From Chrysomallon squamiferum (taxonomy: Eukaryota; Animalia; Mollusca), in the NCBI GenBank assembly GCA_012295275.1, contig CM022668.1, forward strand, positions 5,952,001 through 6,016,000: a DNA stretch of 64,000 bases, in the 5' to 3' direction. Positions within the stretch are counted from its first letter, which is position 1. Each line of letters begins with the position of its first letter. The notes under the pieces were generated by a model. The model ran no database searches. It had not been told where the DNA came from and saw only the letters and a program-made list of their open reading frames with translations. Below, in pieces: positions 45,602-63,567 of the stretch. The position numbers and the translations under genes were made by a program.

Positions 45602-46099
45602 GTTTTTTTCTTTTTATCACTGCCAAAACTTTTATCATGCATTACCTTTTCATCAGGCATACATGCACTGCAAGACATTATTTTAACGCGAATGTAACGT
45701 TTCTATTTTGAATTCGTTTTGTTCTACATCGGAATAACACACAATGTAGACGCAAGCAATTAATTCTTAAAATGCATTGATTTCATATAGGAAAAGAAAA
45801 AAATCCAGCTGTGAATTGTTATTTGTATCAATAATTGATGATTACCCACCATTCATTAGTAAACACCTACTGTCCCAAAAGCCTGGTTCCTTAGCAATTT
45901 TCCATTGCAAGAAAACTGACATTATTGTTGAACTGTCTCCTAGGACTTGAGACTGAACGCTGTGTTCGTTACGTCACGGTTAGGTGACCCAGTATGCAGT
46001 GATGTTTGGGATGATTGTTCAGCATTTCTTTTCTTTTATTTATTTATTTATTTGTTTATTTATTTCCTCCTCCTCCTCCTCCTTCTTCTTCTTCTTCTT

Positions 46100-46174
<75 letters not shown>

Positions 46175-46244
46175 TTTATTTATTTATTAATTTTTGTCTA
46201 TTTATTTATTTATTTGTTTATTTTTATTTTATTTTCTATTTTAA

Positions 46245-46291
<47 letters not shown>

Positions 46292-46525
46292 GTTGTTTTT
46301 TGTTACCGCTACTATTTGAACTTATATTAATTACTATTACAATCACTGTTACTATTACTGCTACTAGTAGCATTGGTATTATTACTACTATCACTGTTAC
46401 TATTTCTGCTACTAGAAGAATTTCTACTACTACTACTAGCACTACTATTACTGCTACTATTCGAATTACTATTACTATTATTACTACTACCACAGCTATT
46501 ATTACTACTGCTTCTGGTATTACCG

Positions 46526-46557
<32 letters not shown>

Positions 46558-46705
46558 GCTATTTATTTAACACATACGAAATGATCTACAAGTAACTGAA
46601 GCTACTGATCTATAAACATCTATTTAGGTTTAATACTTAGAATGTAAACTGATGCTTCTGAATCTGTCGTTGAAAACAAATTATATTTCACAAACATTTT
46701 TACCA

Positions 46706-46750
<45 letters not shown>

Positions 46751-47244
46751 TGAATATGTGTGTATTTCGGTGCATGTTTCGGTGCATGAATACTTGTATG
46801 AGAACATAACATTTTATTCAGGTTACATGAAATTGTGGGCACACATTATTTTATGTTTTCTAGTTTTTGTCCAGTTGTTATCATTATTATTTCCATAATC
46901 ATCATCATCATCATTTTTCATTATTAAATTCTGTTTGTTACCATTACTACTGCTGCTACTACTACTAGTCTTGTTGTCTTTTCCAAGAAGGCATCTCTGT
47001 GTAAACATCACTAAACAGAAGAGAGAAAGTCAAGTCCGTTGTGAATGTACATGTCTACTATACCCACAGCTAATCGTTATTTAAGACAAATACAACACTG
47101 AAACTCTTTCGTAGCAGAAAATGTACCTCTCATTTACAAATACAGTCTTTATTGAGCAGTGATATTACTTTAATAAAACTGTTATGTTGTCATGATTAAA
47201 TGTTGTGTATACTCGTTTCAGTGGGTTTTTTCCTTATTTATCTT

Positions 47245-47278
<34 letters not shown>

Positions 47279-47543
47279 TCCTAAATCTGTAATGTGAGTA
47301 GTAAAACTAATGTTTGATTTCTATACCTGCATTTCAGAACAGTCTGTTTGCGCAGTGAAATTTGTGTTTGCCAGTCTCTGCACACATCCTGCTTCGTATC
47401 AATGATTACATAAACGCAGCCATTTGTTTTATCTTATTATCATCATCATCATCATCATCATCATAATATATATTTTGTTGTTGGTCATTTCTTTTTCTAT
47501 CTCTCTTTTGTTCGTTTTTAACTCTCCTACTCTTTCGTCATAA

Positions 47544-47643
<100 letters not shown>

Positions 47644-47924
47644 GAGTATGCATGTGTGTGTGTGTATATATATATATATTTATTTGTTTATTAATTATTA
47701 CTTTATATATTTTTTAAAACAGACAGCCTAAACATAAACCACTGTCATCATATTAATTACTTAACTAAATTTCTAAAGTCAGTTTGACAAGTCATTATCA
47801 AACCAAATACAGAGTAAAAATATCTCTGAGCGACCTAGTTGTTAGTTTCTGTATCGGGGTGTACCTGATTATGCACCTTTATCTATACTTCCTGCTTGAT
47901 ATAAACGAAAAAGAAAGAAAGAAG

Positions 47925-49030
47925 ATGACGTCGTTTCGGTTTTATTTATTAATTTGTGGAATATGTTTGAATTTCCTTGTGTGTGTGCTTACAGGTAGGA
48001 TTTAATAATAATAATAATAATGATAAGTTGACGTATTTGGTGAGTCTAAATAATAAACTAATAATTAAACTCTGTATTCAATTTAATACATATTTCTTGC
48101 TGTTGTGATACTTTACTTACAAATTCAAGAATAAAAATAACAGTTAAAATATTCTTATAAATGTTTGAGAAATCAGTGTTCAATAGTATTTACAAATACA
48201 TTTCCCTTTCTTCTTTACATATATTATATACGTAACAATAATGATAAACAGTGCTTGTGTTTGTGTGCGTTTTGTGTGTATGTATATTTTTACAAAAAAT
48301 TAAAACAAATATCACTTTTATCTCTCATCCTGACATGATAAATCAGGTATTACGTTTTGTTGTTGTTGTTGTTATTATTATTATTATTATCATCATGATC
48401 ATCATCACTTATCATCATTGTTATTTTTATTATTATTCATATTATCATCACAATCATTATCGTCATCGTTATTATTATTGTTGTTATTGTTATTGCTCTT
48501 GTTGTTTTGTTATTATTGTTGTTGTTGTTGTTATTGTTGTTGTTGCTGCTGCTGCTGTTGTTGTTGTTGTTGTTGTTGTTGCTGCTGCTGCTGCTGCTGT
48601 TGTTGTTGTTATTGTTAGTCAATATATTTCCAGCTCTATCCTGTTGCTCTTTATTTGTTTCATTTTGATCCTCACTCTTCAAATGTAAACTGATCTGACT
48701 TTGATACAAATATAATATGTAAGATGTTCCCTATTTTCACAGAATGTGAGTCTGGTAGATTTGGTCCTGGTTGTCAGTTGAACTGCAGTCAAAGACACTG
48801 TAGTAGAGACAGTTCAGTTTGCGAGGTTAAAACTGGGAAATGTGAAAATGGCTGTAAACCAGGATGGAGAAATGTGGACTGTTTGGAACGTAATAAATAA
48901 CTTACATACCAACTGTCGTTTGATTGTTTGTAATAAGGTAAATGTTTCTAAATAACTGGACGTTAAAATATATATCTATAAATATATCCCTTTGTCAGTC
49001 TGTTTATCTAGATAGATAGATTAGATAAAT

Positions 49031-49065
<35 letters not shown>

Positions 49066-50810
49066 AAACAGACAATCCTAATTAACTACTGACTCATCAT
49101 CTATAAATCTACCTATTTTTATATATTTATCTACAAGTCGAGTTATCCTTACACACACAAACACATTGATATAAACACACACACTCTGAATCACAACACA
49201 CACATAAATACACACACACATGTATAATCAAACGTTTTGATGTTTGATACCGTTCAAACAAGTACCAAGATAAAAATAAATCTGATAATAATTATATCAT
49301 CACAATCGTTTATCTCATTTTTTACATAACACCTATAACTTTAGGGTAATTTATTTCCAGCGTGTCCTACCGGTTCCTATGGAAACGGTTGTACATTTGC
49401 TTGTGCGGGACATCATTGTCTGAATCAAACAGCAAGCTGCGATCACGTGACTGGTTCATGTGCCGGCGGATGTGAGGCACCGTGGACTGGAACAGACTGT
49501 ACTGGTGTGATACAAATTATATTTTTGTTTCTACAAAATAATTTATTTATACGGTCACACATAGAAAAAAATATACTTAGACATCCAGCTATCAGACAGA
49601 TGAACATTTGTAATAGACAACTTGCCAAAAACAGAAAAATTACTAATATGAAAAAACGTCATTTGAGATAATCACGTATAATCCATAGCTGCTATCCATA
49701 CATTTACATAACAGAGAGGTCAGTATTAGCGATAATGAGATTTTCTAAGCCTTTGTTTTCACCAGTGATCTAAACAAGCTATATTGTATGAAAATGGTGT
49801 TTAATAGAGTTATCTTTTAGAGAGGTAATCTTTACGTAAATTCCACAGTGACATTCAAATATTATACAGAAATAATTTCAGTTCTAGAACGTTGTATAAA
49901 TCTAGACTTCTCGAACATTCTGCTAGTGACATATATGAAAAAAATATATCCTATACATTTTTAAATATCTACATAACAGCATAACGATGTCAAGTACCAT
50001 TTTAAAGTTTTGAGATTTGTCTTGTATGTATTGAATTGTTTTAAATAGACTTTTGTCTACATAAATGTATCTTTTATCCATGGACCTCCTCTGGAGACAC
50101 TATCATGTACAAAGATCATCTCTGTAATAGTTCAATGTATATCTGTGTGTATGTGTATGTGTGTGTATGTGTATGTGTGTGTATGTGTATGTGTGTGTGT
50201 GTGCAAGGTATCTGTAAAGAGCATAACGCTCATTACTTTATATATCAAACAGGTTGTCAAGGTAAATACGGACCAGACTGCAAGTTTTCTTGCTCTGAAA
50301 GACATTGTAAAGACACGTCAGCGCCATGTGATCACGTGACAGGGTCATGTGACGGAGACTGTGAGGACGGATGGAAAGCATGCACGTGCACAGAAAGTAA
50401 ATATTTATTAAGTAAATAACTTGTAACTGTGACAACGGTTATTTTTTCCAGTGGTAGCATTTGAGATTTCTAGCGACAGAAAATAAAATGTACTGTGTAA
50501 TTGTTTCAGAACTATTTTAATATTTGTGATTATGTACTGACAGTTTGTATGCGTCTGAGTCTTTATGTCTGAACAGTGTATTTTTGTCCAAGCGTACAAT
50601 CTGGAACCCGCTAAACCTTCAGACAATGAAAGCAGGGGATACAAAACAGCTAAACGATCCTTTTATTATTATTACAATTACTAATATTATTACTGTTTTG
50701 ATTAGTAGTAGTATTTGTAGTAACACTAGTAGTGCTAGTAGTTTTAGTAATAGTAGTAGTAGTATTATAGTAGTAGTGGTAGTGGTTTTGCCGTTAATAG
50801 TAGTTGCAAA

Positions 50811-50842
<32 letters not shown>

Positions 50843-52098
50843 TATAGTAGTAGCAATAGAGGTGGTGGTGATAATAGTAGCAGTGATTGTAGGACTGGTC
50901 GTAGTAGTAATTGGAGTAGTTGTAGAAGTGGTGGTAGTAGTAGTAGTAGTAGTAGTGTGTTTAGGTGGCGTTGGTGTTGGTATCAGTAGCAGAAATATCA
51001 GCTGCAGTAATATAAATGGTCGCAGTAGTAGTAGTAGCAGCACTAATAGAAGAAAAGTCGAGGTAACGGTAGCAGTAGTAGTAACAATAATATTAGAAGT
51101 AGCAGCACATTTAGACAATAGATCATGGTAACAGCGCATACGAATTAACGAAAATCAGAAAATTATAGAAACTCTATTGTTGGGTATTTTGTGCGTGTGT
51201 TTGTGTGCGTGAAAATGCATATGTACACAAACAGTCTGTCTTATATACATATGTATGTATGTATGTATATGTATGTATGTATGTATTTATGTATGTATGT
51301 ATGCATATATATATATCGAGTTGTATTTCAGAAATATCCAAAACTGGAGAATACGAGGAGCTGAAATCCACGATAACTGCGCTGTCTGTTGTCACTGGAA
51401 TACTCTGTGTTTCACTTGTTACTGCTGTAATATTCTTAATTCTGTAAGTATGTCCTCTTTATAATCATACCACTATTCATTTATAACACAGCACATAGTT
51501 AACGTACATAAAAAGAAAGGAGACATAGAAAAATAAGTTTGCGATATAGATAACACTAACAAACAGACAAATAGACAGGTAGATAGATATATGTATATAT
51601 GTAAATAGGTGTCTTTTTCCAGTATTTATGAAGGGAGATAATTAATCACTGATAATCTTTACTAAAGAATGTCGAAATTATGTCCCCTATACTAAAATTC
51701 TATGATTTCAAATTTGAAGATGAATAAACAGTGCATTGAAAGGATAGAGAATAAAAGTGAACAAACAGATTGAAATAATCTGAGATTGTCTCCGTTTCAG
51801 TTTTGTTAACTTCTTTTTCTTCAGATATGTCAGGCGTCACAGAACAGCATCTGATTCGAGAGCCAAAGAAAACATCAACATGACAAACCAAGATGGCGGA
51901 CACTATGAAATCGTAGAAGCAGAAACCACAGTTCATGGGCATAGTGATCAGAATTCGTCACAAGATGCAACCCAGCAGCAAGGTAAGAGCGGCTTTGTGA
52001 ACGCTGGACAAGAAATTCTGATGAATGAATACGAAACACTTGATCCAGCAGCCACTGCTAAGCCAAACATCTACGAGGAAATAAACTCAAGAGGATAA
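47925..52098 (+). CDS. Small type-I receptor with three laminin-type/MEGF-like EGF repeats and a Tyr-motif tail (MEGF10/Draper/SCARF-like, 296 aa)
   Basis: Exons 47925-47994 (signal), 48743-48889, 49361-49504 and 50253-50396 (each CxxGx(F/Y)GxxC..C..HC..C..TGxC..C..W..C), 51332-51443 (TM ITALSVVTGILCVSLVTAVIFLIL) and 51825-52098 (tail with YEIV, YETL, YEEI). Total 891 nt, open frame. Confidence 0.88.
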
Positions 52099-52454
52099 TT
52101 TGCACAGCGTGATTTTTAAACATGTACGAAATGAATACCACAACGAACTTTGACTCCATAAATATCAACTGAAGTTATTAAGAACTATGGACATCAAAAA
52201 TCATTAACAGTTAAATCAGAGGTATCATAGATTATGAGTCTTGTATTATATAATATATTGTACAGAATACTAATAATGATACTACTATTACCACTACTAC
52301 TACTACAATTACTATTACTACTACTTCTACTACTACTACTATTATTATTACTACTACTACTACTACTACTAATAATAATAATAATACAAGTATGTTAGTA
52401 TGAGTTTCTACTGGTAAATGCACATGACGTGTAACTAGTGTAGGTACATAAGTA

Positions 52455-52486
<32 letters not shown>

Positions 52487-53624
52487 AGTATGTTAGTATG
52501 AGTTTTTACTGGTGTGGGTACAGAAGTACTCCCGTGTCACGACTCTCTTGCTCGGTGAACTTTTCTTGTAACATTTTCCTCACTGGCGTGACACGTGTTT
52601 TGTGTTTTGCTATGAATGCTGTGATCAGTGTGTAATTTTGTTTTATTTTTGTACGAAACTGCATTTGAAATTTACACTACGGTTTATTATATGTTTAAAA
52701 AGAGTTTAATTAAATTAAGAAATAGACATAAATTGCTAAATAATACTAAATTTTTATTAATTTTTTTTTTCAACAAGAACATTTGCTTAAATAATATGAA
52801 GATTCTAGTCTGTAGAAATAAATATGTTAATTATCTTATTCTTACCTTAGTACTTTTGACTATTTTATTATTATTTTTTTTTTAAATTAAATTACACTTT
52901 TTTGAATTATGCTCCAGCGGCTTATTTAAACAAACTACTAAAATTAAATGACAAACAACACTTTAATCAAAAATAATAAAGAGAACATATTACAAAAAAT
53001 ACAGATTGGCCATAAAAGGGAGATAACTAAATACTGACAGGGGAGACTTTAGTTCTAGAAAAGTCATAATGTACTATGAGACAAATATATTTAAAATATC
53101 ATTAACTTTATATATACGTATATGTACATATTTGCTGTTCAATTAATGCCAGTTGATTATTCTTTGTTCATAACTCTGTGAAAATAACACACTTTTTGCA
53201 CACAACAATTATTAAAATTATATTATGCTGTCAAGAATACACTATTTTATGTGATAACCTTTTCTCACATTCTGAAAAAGAGACGACTTGGAAAAAAATA
53301 ATAATAAGAAAATAAAAAACATGCAAATTTTGCCAAACAGGTCACTTGGATCATTACTTCTTTTTCTTCCTTTTTTTATGTAATAAAGTGTTTAATTTAA
53401 AAAATGAAAATATGAACCATCTTTCCCTGTTTTGGAAATGTAATTGTATGCACTAATATAAAAAAAAAATATTTCTTACACAAGATTTTTGTTTGTCACT
53501 TACATTAATGACAAAAGTTGTACAACTGAATAAACTAACGACATGTTACAACTGAAATATCTGAGTTTGATTTTCTTTTCTTTTCTTATTCATAATAGTC
53601 ATCATTATCGTCATATTATTATTA

Positions 53625-54053
53625 CAGGTACAGAACCATATATCCGGCAAGCTTGGGACTGGGGTTCTCCGGATTTCTGGATACATACTAAATACATACT
53701 TCTTTTTTAATCCATTACAATTTTAAATTACCTGTAGAGAATATAATAAATAGGATCAAAATTAAACGAAGAAAAGAAAGAATAGATTTTTATTTAAACG
53801 ATATCTGTACAATTTAATGCAAGTCTTCAAATACTCCAATTTCTTACAGTATCATGTACAATATATCAGATGAAAATTTAAAAAGATAATTAAAGAACAT
53901 AATTTAATTTGACAGTTTTAATGACTTCTGTGAGAGATTTACCCTTTACACAGCAACAGTCTCACTTAAACCGTTCAACGTGTACGTCACGGAAACTACT
54001 AATGCAGCGAGTGGCGACTTACAGCGTGACTAATTTAAAAGCAGTCACTTAAC

Positions 54054-54091
<38 letters not shown>

Positions 54092-54150
54092 TTGCCGGTT
54101 TTCTGGATTTTCTGGATTTCCTAAAGGCCGGATAAATGGTTCGGTACCTG
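53625..54150. mobile_element. Tigger-type MITE
   Basis: TIRs CAGGTACAGAACCATATATCCGG / CCGGATAAATGGTTCGGTACCTG with TA TSD. Confidence 0.82.
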
Positions 54151-54554
54151 TATTACTATTACTGTGTACTATCCACTATTTCTATTATTGTTGATGTTGT
54201 TGTTGTTAAAATATATAACTCCTTTATTTCAACATAAAATATAATTTTGTCAAAAACAAAACAAGAAACAATTCAATGGTTCAGTTGTGGTTAATAAAAT
54301 AAAGAGTTATTTCCCTTGTATTCCACCATAGCAGATATACTTGTTTCTTCTACTTTACATAAAAGTGGTTCTAACAAATTTACAGTCATCTTGAGCCGTA
54401 TATTCTAAGAAACTCAATTATATAATCGATGGTTCTAGAAAATAAGCTATTGTCTTGGATTATAAACTCAATAATTCTAGAAAATTCGCTATCGTTGCTT
54501 CTAGCAAATTCATTGTCATTTTATAAATGTCTGACAAATTCGCTGACAGTGGTG

Positions 54555-56460
54555 CCACATATTTGCATACACTCCGTAGATTCCATATAAAAAAAATCAG
54601 CCGACAGAATACTTTGAAATTTTCTTGAAAAACAAAATAAACAATCATTTAATTAACATTTTAAAAATTATATATATATATATATAGTTTATTGTACTTA
54701 AACATTATTAATTTAAATACACTGGCATTTTATTATTTTATCAGTTTAAAAACATATACAAAAGAAAAATCACCGAAAATTTTGTAATAAATCGTTTATT
54801 CATTTGTTTCATTTTATTTCGTCTCTTTATTTATTTAAAAAAAAAAGACACACAAATTAATGATAACAATAGTAGTAGTAGTAGTAGTTGTGGTTTTTTG
54901 TTTTAGTAGCAGGGTAGTGTTAGGTGTAGTAATGGTTGTATATATAACATGCCTCTCTAAATTGTATATTTGTAAAATGTTCTGAAACCGTATCCCACTG
55001 TCAAACATTTCCACATCCTTGTCAATTACAACATCAGATATGCCAAAGAAATGGCTTGTTTTGTTTCTGATACACTGCAATAACAACAACAACAACAACA
55101 ACAACAACAACCACAATAATAATAATAATAATAGTAATAATAATAACATTAATGACAATGATGATGAAAATGATTATTATTATGATTATTTCTATTACTA
55201 TTATAACAATTGTTTGTTTTCGTTTTCTGTGAACCGAAATTCACTACTTAGATAACCTGATGGTAAATAACCAAATATAACATTAATATGATGAACGATA
55301 CTTCTTTCTCTGTCAGTAGAGGAACACAAAAATAACGTAATTAAGATACCTGTATAATTTCGAAAAATAGACAAACAGACAAACGCTTATATAGATCAAC
55401 ACACGCAAAACGTGTATTCTTTAAAGAGTGTTACTTTATGAGCACGCACACACAGCCACACTAACGCACGCATGAATGCATACGTACATACATAATATAA
55501 AATAACATGATATAATATAACATACACAAATAAATACATGTACACGTCCTTGTAGACAATGGTGACTGGGTGAGATTTGTAATCTCTCTGACGGTTCAGT
55601 ATATTTTCCACTAAAGTGATCAGTCTTTCAACCACTCGTGATCAGTCTTTCAACATCAGACTCGTCCGACCACAACTCAACTGATAAATTAGCGATCTCC
55701 TTCTTTTCACTTTCGTCCTGTTTAGACAGAAGAGTACTTGTCTCGTGTTTTTTATTAACAACGCTAACTTACATTTTACACTATCATATTTGCATAGAAA
55801 AACAGCACTAAGATATGACATACATTTTAATGTTCTGGAGGCTATGTCTTTCTATTGTTTCATGTTCAAAAACTGAATCAAGGTTTGTCTTTGTGTCTCG
55901 CTGGCTCTCTATTTCTTTCCCACGCATTGCCTTTTTCTTTTTCTCTCTCTCTCTATAACTCTCACGGCTTTCTCTTTCTCTCTCTCAAGCTCTCCCTTTT
56001 CTCTCTCTCTTTCACTCTCTGTTTCTTTCTTTTACCAAGTATTTGTTTTCAGAAATAATTATATAATGAAAGTGAATAAATGTACGTCCATAATCATACA
56101 CAGGAATAATTGGTTACAACTGAAATACCAGTAAATTCAATACCAGTGTAAACACTGAAAAACAAAACCAAAAAGACACATGCTCATGTCATTATATATA
56201 TATTTTTTTTTTCAGTAGTGAATAAAAAAAATAATAAGTAATTTCCTTGTCATTTTGTAACGTCTCTTTACTAGCGATTTTCAGTTGTAGAAACAAAACA
56301 CAATGTAACTTAGTTATTCTACTACAACACAGGCATTTCAAACTCAATATAAGAGACTACTTTATACAATAGACTATTGAATACAACAGACTATTCTATA
56401 CAACAGGATACTGTATGCAACAGAATATTGTACACCAGAGATTAGAGATCTTTGTTATTT

Positions 56461-56491
<31 letters not shown>

Positions 56492-56713
56492 CTTTTCATT
56501 TTAATTTCACAGCCAAAAGTGGAAACGAAAAGTAAAGTATAGAAAAACGAAATATTGAAATAGTAAATTCTGTTGTTTCAGAGTAAAGGTTTTGTAATAC
56601 TATTGGAAGTGTTCAGTGCTTGATCATGGAAAAAACTTTGTGAGTGAGGAACTAATTGGAAAGGAACAATATTTACTTCGATAAAATCGTTGCAATTTAC
56701 AAACATATATGAG

Positions 56714-56744
<31 letters not shown>

Positions 56745-56958
56745 GCAAATAATTTATCGAAATATATATAGTTAATTTAATTATTTGTTATTTAAATTAT
56801 TTAACATTGCATGTTAAAATAAATAACTGGTTACTGCCTTAAGATATCACCTTTATCTTGGTCAAGTTGAAAAGCGAACTCAGCCTGTTAAAGCCTCGCT
56901 GCATTTTTCATTCTAATCTTCGCAGAAAAATACTTTTGGCCAGTAACAAGTTACCGCC
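54555..56958 (-). pseudogene. Decayed C-terminal (D2) exons of a receptor-type protein tyrosine phosphatase
   Basis: Four spaced exon-like pieces in the expected order: ~56958-56851 (VTCYWPK), ~55717-55544 (W..LITLVENILNRQ..SHPVTIVYKD, with a 22-nt duplication frameshift), ~55074-54953 (HFFGISDVVIDKDVEMF) and ~54624-54555 (ENFKVFCRL..YMEST/VYANM). Confidence 0.5.
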
Positions 56959-57057
56959 CTGCACACATATATAAAACATCTATTCCTCTATAAATGAAAA
57001 TCTAAAATGACTGTCATATAATATAAACAGACAGACAGACAAACTAATCGACAGATA

Positions 57058-58100
57058 TGTAAATATATAGATACACACAGATGCAGCACATCAATACATA
57101 ATAGTAAACTAGGCTCTTAGCGATCGTTATGTTAATTCGCCGCATCAGCAAGCGCTTATTTCGAGTTATGTCCCTTGTTTTGACAACTCGGCCGAGGGTC
57201 CAGAGACAACTCGGCACAGGGACAATCTTGTCTATGGCTGGACAAGTGTTGTTTTTTGAATTAAAGTATTCTCACCGAAATAAAATAACGTGTTTTTGTT
57301 AGTATTAACCTAAACGTCCCGAAACGAAGTGTCATGTCGGATTGATAAATTGCTGATCCATTTATCTTTGAATATAGTTTCATGTGTTCGAATAGTTAGT
57401 TTCTGTTCTACAGTCGGTGACCTAAACATCGGAGATTATCCCAGAAAAAAAAAAATGACAAAATTTCTTTATCGTACTTTATTGTAGTAACAACATAGCC
57501 TCCTGACTTGCAATGAGTAGCTAATGAACAAGTAAATGATATCACCCTACAGACGTTGTGTCGTTATTTTACCTGCTATTAAAAAGTAAATCCAGTTTGT
57601 GAGCAGGATAACATTTCATATAACCCGCTGATTTATTTAGATCGCTGTTGTTGAATGCGTGTGTCGGTTACCGGCCAGGTGTTAAACCTTAGTCACACAA
57701 ACCTGGTATGTAGATAACTGTGTAGTTTATATGTGTAGAATGTTATGACGTTCTGATGTATATGAATATGGTAAACATTAGTAGTGAATGTATATGGAAA
57801 CTATGGATTCTATAATTGCACGAAGGAATAACATATGGTGTTATGTCATATTGTTTGATAGGAACCATGTAATAGCGATATGTGACAAGATAGATGTTTA
57901 ATTATTTATGACAGTGTGGGAAATCTCATACGTTATATGTATGTAATATCTTGTATTCTGGTCTTGTTGTATATTAATTTATTGATTTGATTGTTTCAGT
58001 GTTTTAAACATACATTGTGTGTGATGTCAAATAAAAAGCCATTGTCCTGAACCTACAGCTGTTTGTCGTCGTTTTGAAAACAAACTCAAATACTGTTACA
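57058..58100. mobile_element. Possible solo LTR
   Basis: TGTAA...TTACA ends, AATAAA ~70 bp before the right end and a CpG-rich interior. The TSD is not clean. Confidence 0.3.
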
Positions 58101-58883
58101 TATATTATACATTTTTAAACACAACACGCATATATACAATACATGCACATAAGAATAATGAAACCCTATGACTAGTACAATATCCAGTTCCGATTTCAAT
58201 AACATGTTTTTAACAACTTCAATTACATTTACTTAGGCTAATAGTAACATAGATAGTCCAAGATCAGATCACATTTCATTGTCGACGTAGCGCTGCTGTA
58301 ACCAGACGGTGATTAATCACACAGCATCATGCAACATCCACGTTTTATTCAGTAAATAAATACCTAGATAGAGAACTACATCAACAAAATAATCTCTCCG
58401 TGGAAACCAGTTTCAGAATTTAAACAAAGCGTCCATACTAAACCAGACGGTAATTAATGACACAATATCATGCAGCTTCCAAGTGCCTGTTTATATTGCT
58501 GCTCCCTGAATCACAAAGGTTGCAGTTGGACTAAATCAAGCGGTACGACCTGCAAGTGAGGAGGATTTGCGGAACGGGAAAATATCTGTAAATAATTACA
58601 TTGCGGAACCTGCCCATTCGCTGCGACCCAATGAATCATTCATTCTTCACCAATAAAAAAACAGACAAAATAGCCAATAAGCAATCAGATAAACAAACAC
58701 CTCTCCATACTGATACATCTATTTCAGAAGTTTTCTAACAAACCAGAGAACTACGGACAATTAGTCTGAACTCAGAAATCAACGGTGCAATGGAGACAAC
58801 GGAAGCAACGTAATAGTTGAACCATAAGCAAGAAAACTGGATTTATTTCATTTCTTATTTTAAGATTCTTACAAAATTTAAAA

Positions 58884-62038
<3,155 letters not shown>

Positions 62039-62269
62039 GGCCAGTTTAGTACTGAAGTTAAAACTAATTTTGTTTTGAAGTTAAAATTCAGCTTCTATAA
62101 GATTAAATATCCTGGACAGTATGAAGATGTTTATTTAATTACTTGTTTGTTTTTAATTGGTTATTTAGTATTTGTTTGTTTAAATGTTTAATTTTTGTTT
62201 ATTTCTTTCTTAGAGGTATTAATTTTAAATGAGCTATTGTTATTCCATATTTTAAAATAAAAATTAGTT

Positions 62270-62420
62270 AATCAAGCTTTGTACTAACGGAACATTTCAT
62301 GTAAGAACAGTTTATAAAACCTCTTCTAAAGGAACATTCCATGTGAGAAGAGTGAACCAAGCTTTGTTCTAAAGGAACATTCAACCAAAACAGTTCATCA
62401 AACTTTGTTTTAGCGGAAGA
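62270..62420. repeat. ~45-bp imperfect tandem repeat downstream of copy C
   Basis: AAGCTTTGT.CTAA.GGAACATT recurs about 4 times. Confidence 0.6.
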
Positions 62421-62915
62421 TTCCGTGCATAACCACACTGCATATTAATGTTATTACAACTCTTTGAAACACATTCATACAAAATCTGATTTGTCCTTTT
62501 ATTGTTATCACATGATACCTCTTTGTTTATATTTACTTTTTATAAAGCTATTAACAGCTTCTTTTTGTAGAACATTAAATGTTTTATCTGAAACTTCGTG
62601 TCACAGAACAATTCATACTTCAGGCTGAAGAGCTTACTAAGGGAAGTCACTTATGTTTTTATTGATTTCCGTTGATGTTATTTTTTCGTTCCGCGAAATA
62701 ATCAGGGGATTTAGATAGAGTTGTCGTTTAATACATTTTTTATTTCTGCGAGTCATTTCTCTCGCTATAATGTATTGTACTGGGAATTATCAGTCAGACA
62801 AGTGTAATTAATAACTATGCCTTTGTTATAAATAATAATAATAATTTGTGACTCCATTTAATAATAAAACGATTGGTTTAAGCAGAAATATCTTCAGAAT
62901 CTATTTGATATTTTA

Positions 62916-62948
<33 letters not shown>

Positions 62949-63374
62949 TATTATTATTATTATTATTATTAATATTAATATGCTTTATTGTGCTAACGTA
63001 TTTTGTTCATGAAATATTGTGTGTCAATGTTGTATTTTAATTTCTTAATACAGTATTTACTACCACAACACCTTTGTTGACACCGACTTGAAGACCACTG
63101 TTAACCGTCATAATCGTAATCCTTAGCGTCGTCATTATGATCTGAATAACTCAGAAATACAGTTAAAGGAATTTTATTACACCAGATGTACGTGAAACAG
63201 ATGGAACGATGATGTATAATACTGATTTTTCAATGTATAGCATAATGATATTAAAGTGTGGAACAGATTTTCAGAGATTTTAAATTTGTATTCTTTCCTG
63301 AAAAGAACTGTAGTGAAAATAAAAAATAAGAAAATAAAAAGATTAGAGAAGAAAAGAACAATATGGTCCAATAG

Positions 63375-63413
<39 letters not shown>

Positions 63414-63567
63414 TTTATTGTTATTGTTGTTGTTATTATTATTACTGTTATTTTAAATAACATATTACTATTATGTAGTTACTGTACCAGCAGCAGCAGC
63501 AGCAGCAGTACTATTTATAGTAGTAGTAGTCGTCGTACTAGTAGTAGTAGTAATTTTTGCTATTGAA

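Noticed and set aside
50590-50640. Extra stalk exon (TYNLEPAKPSDNES) in the EGF receptor
   Set aside because: Only an AAG acceptor and no GT donor; exons 4 and 5 join in frame without it.
52533-52595. CGTGTCACG / CGTGACACG inverted pair downstream of the EGF receptor
   Set aside because: Only a 9-bp stem, insufficient to call a structured RNA.
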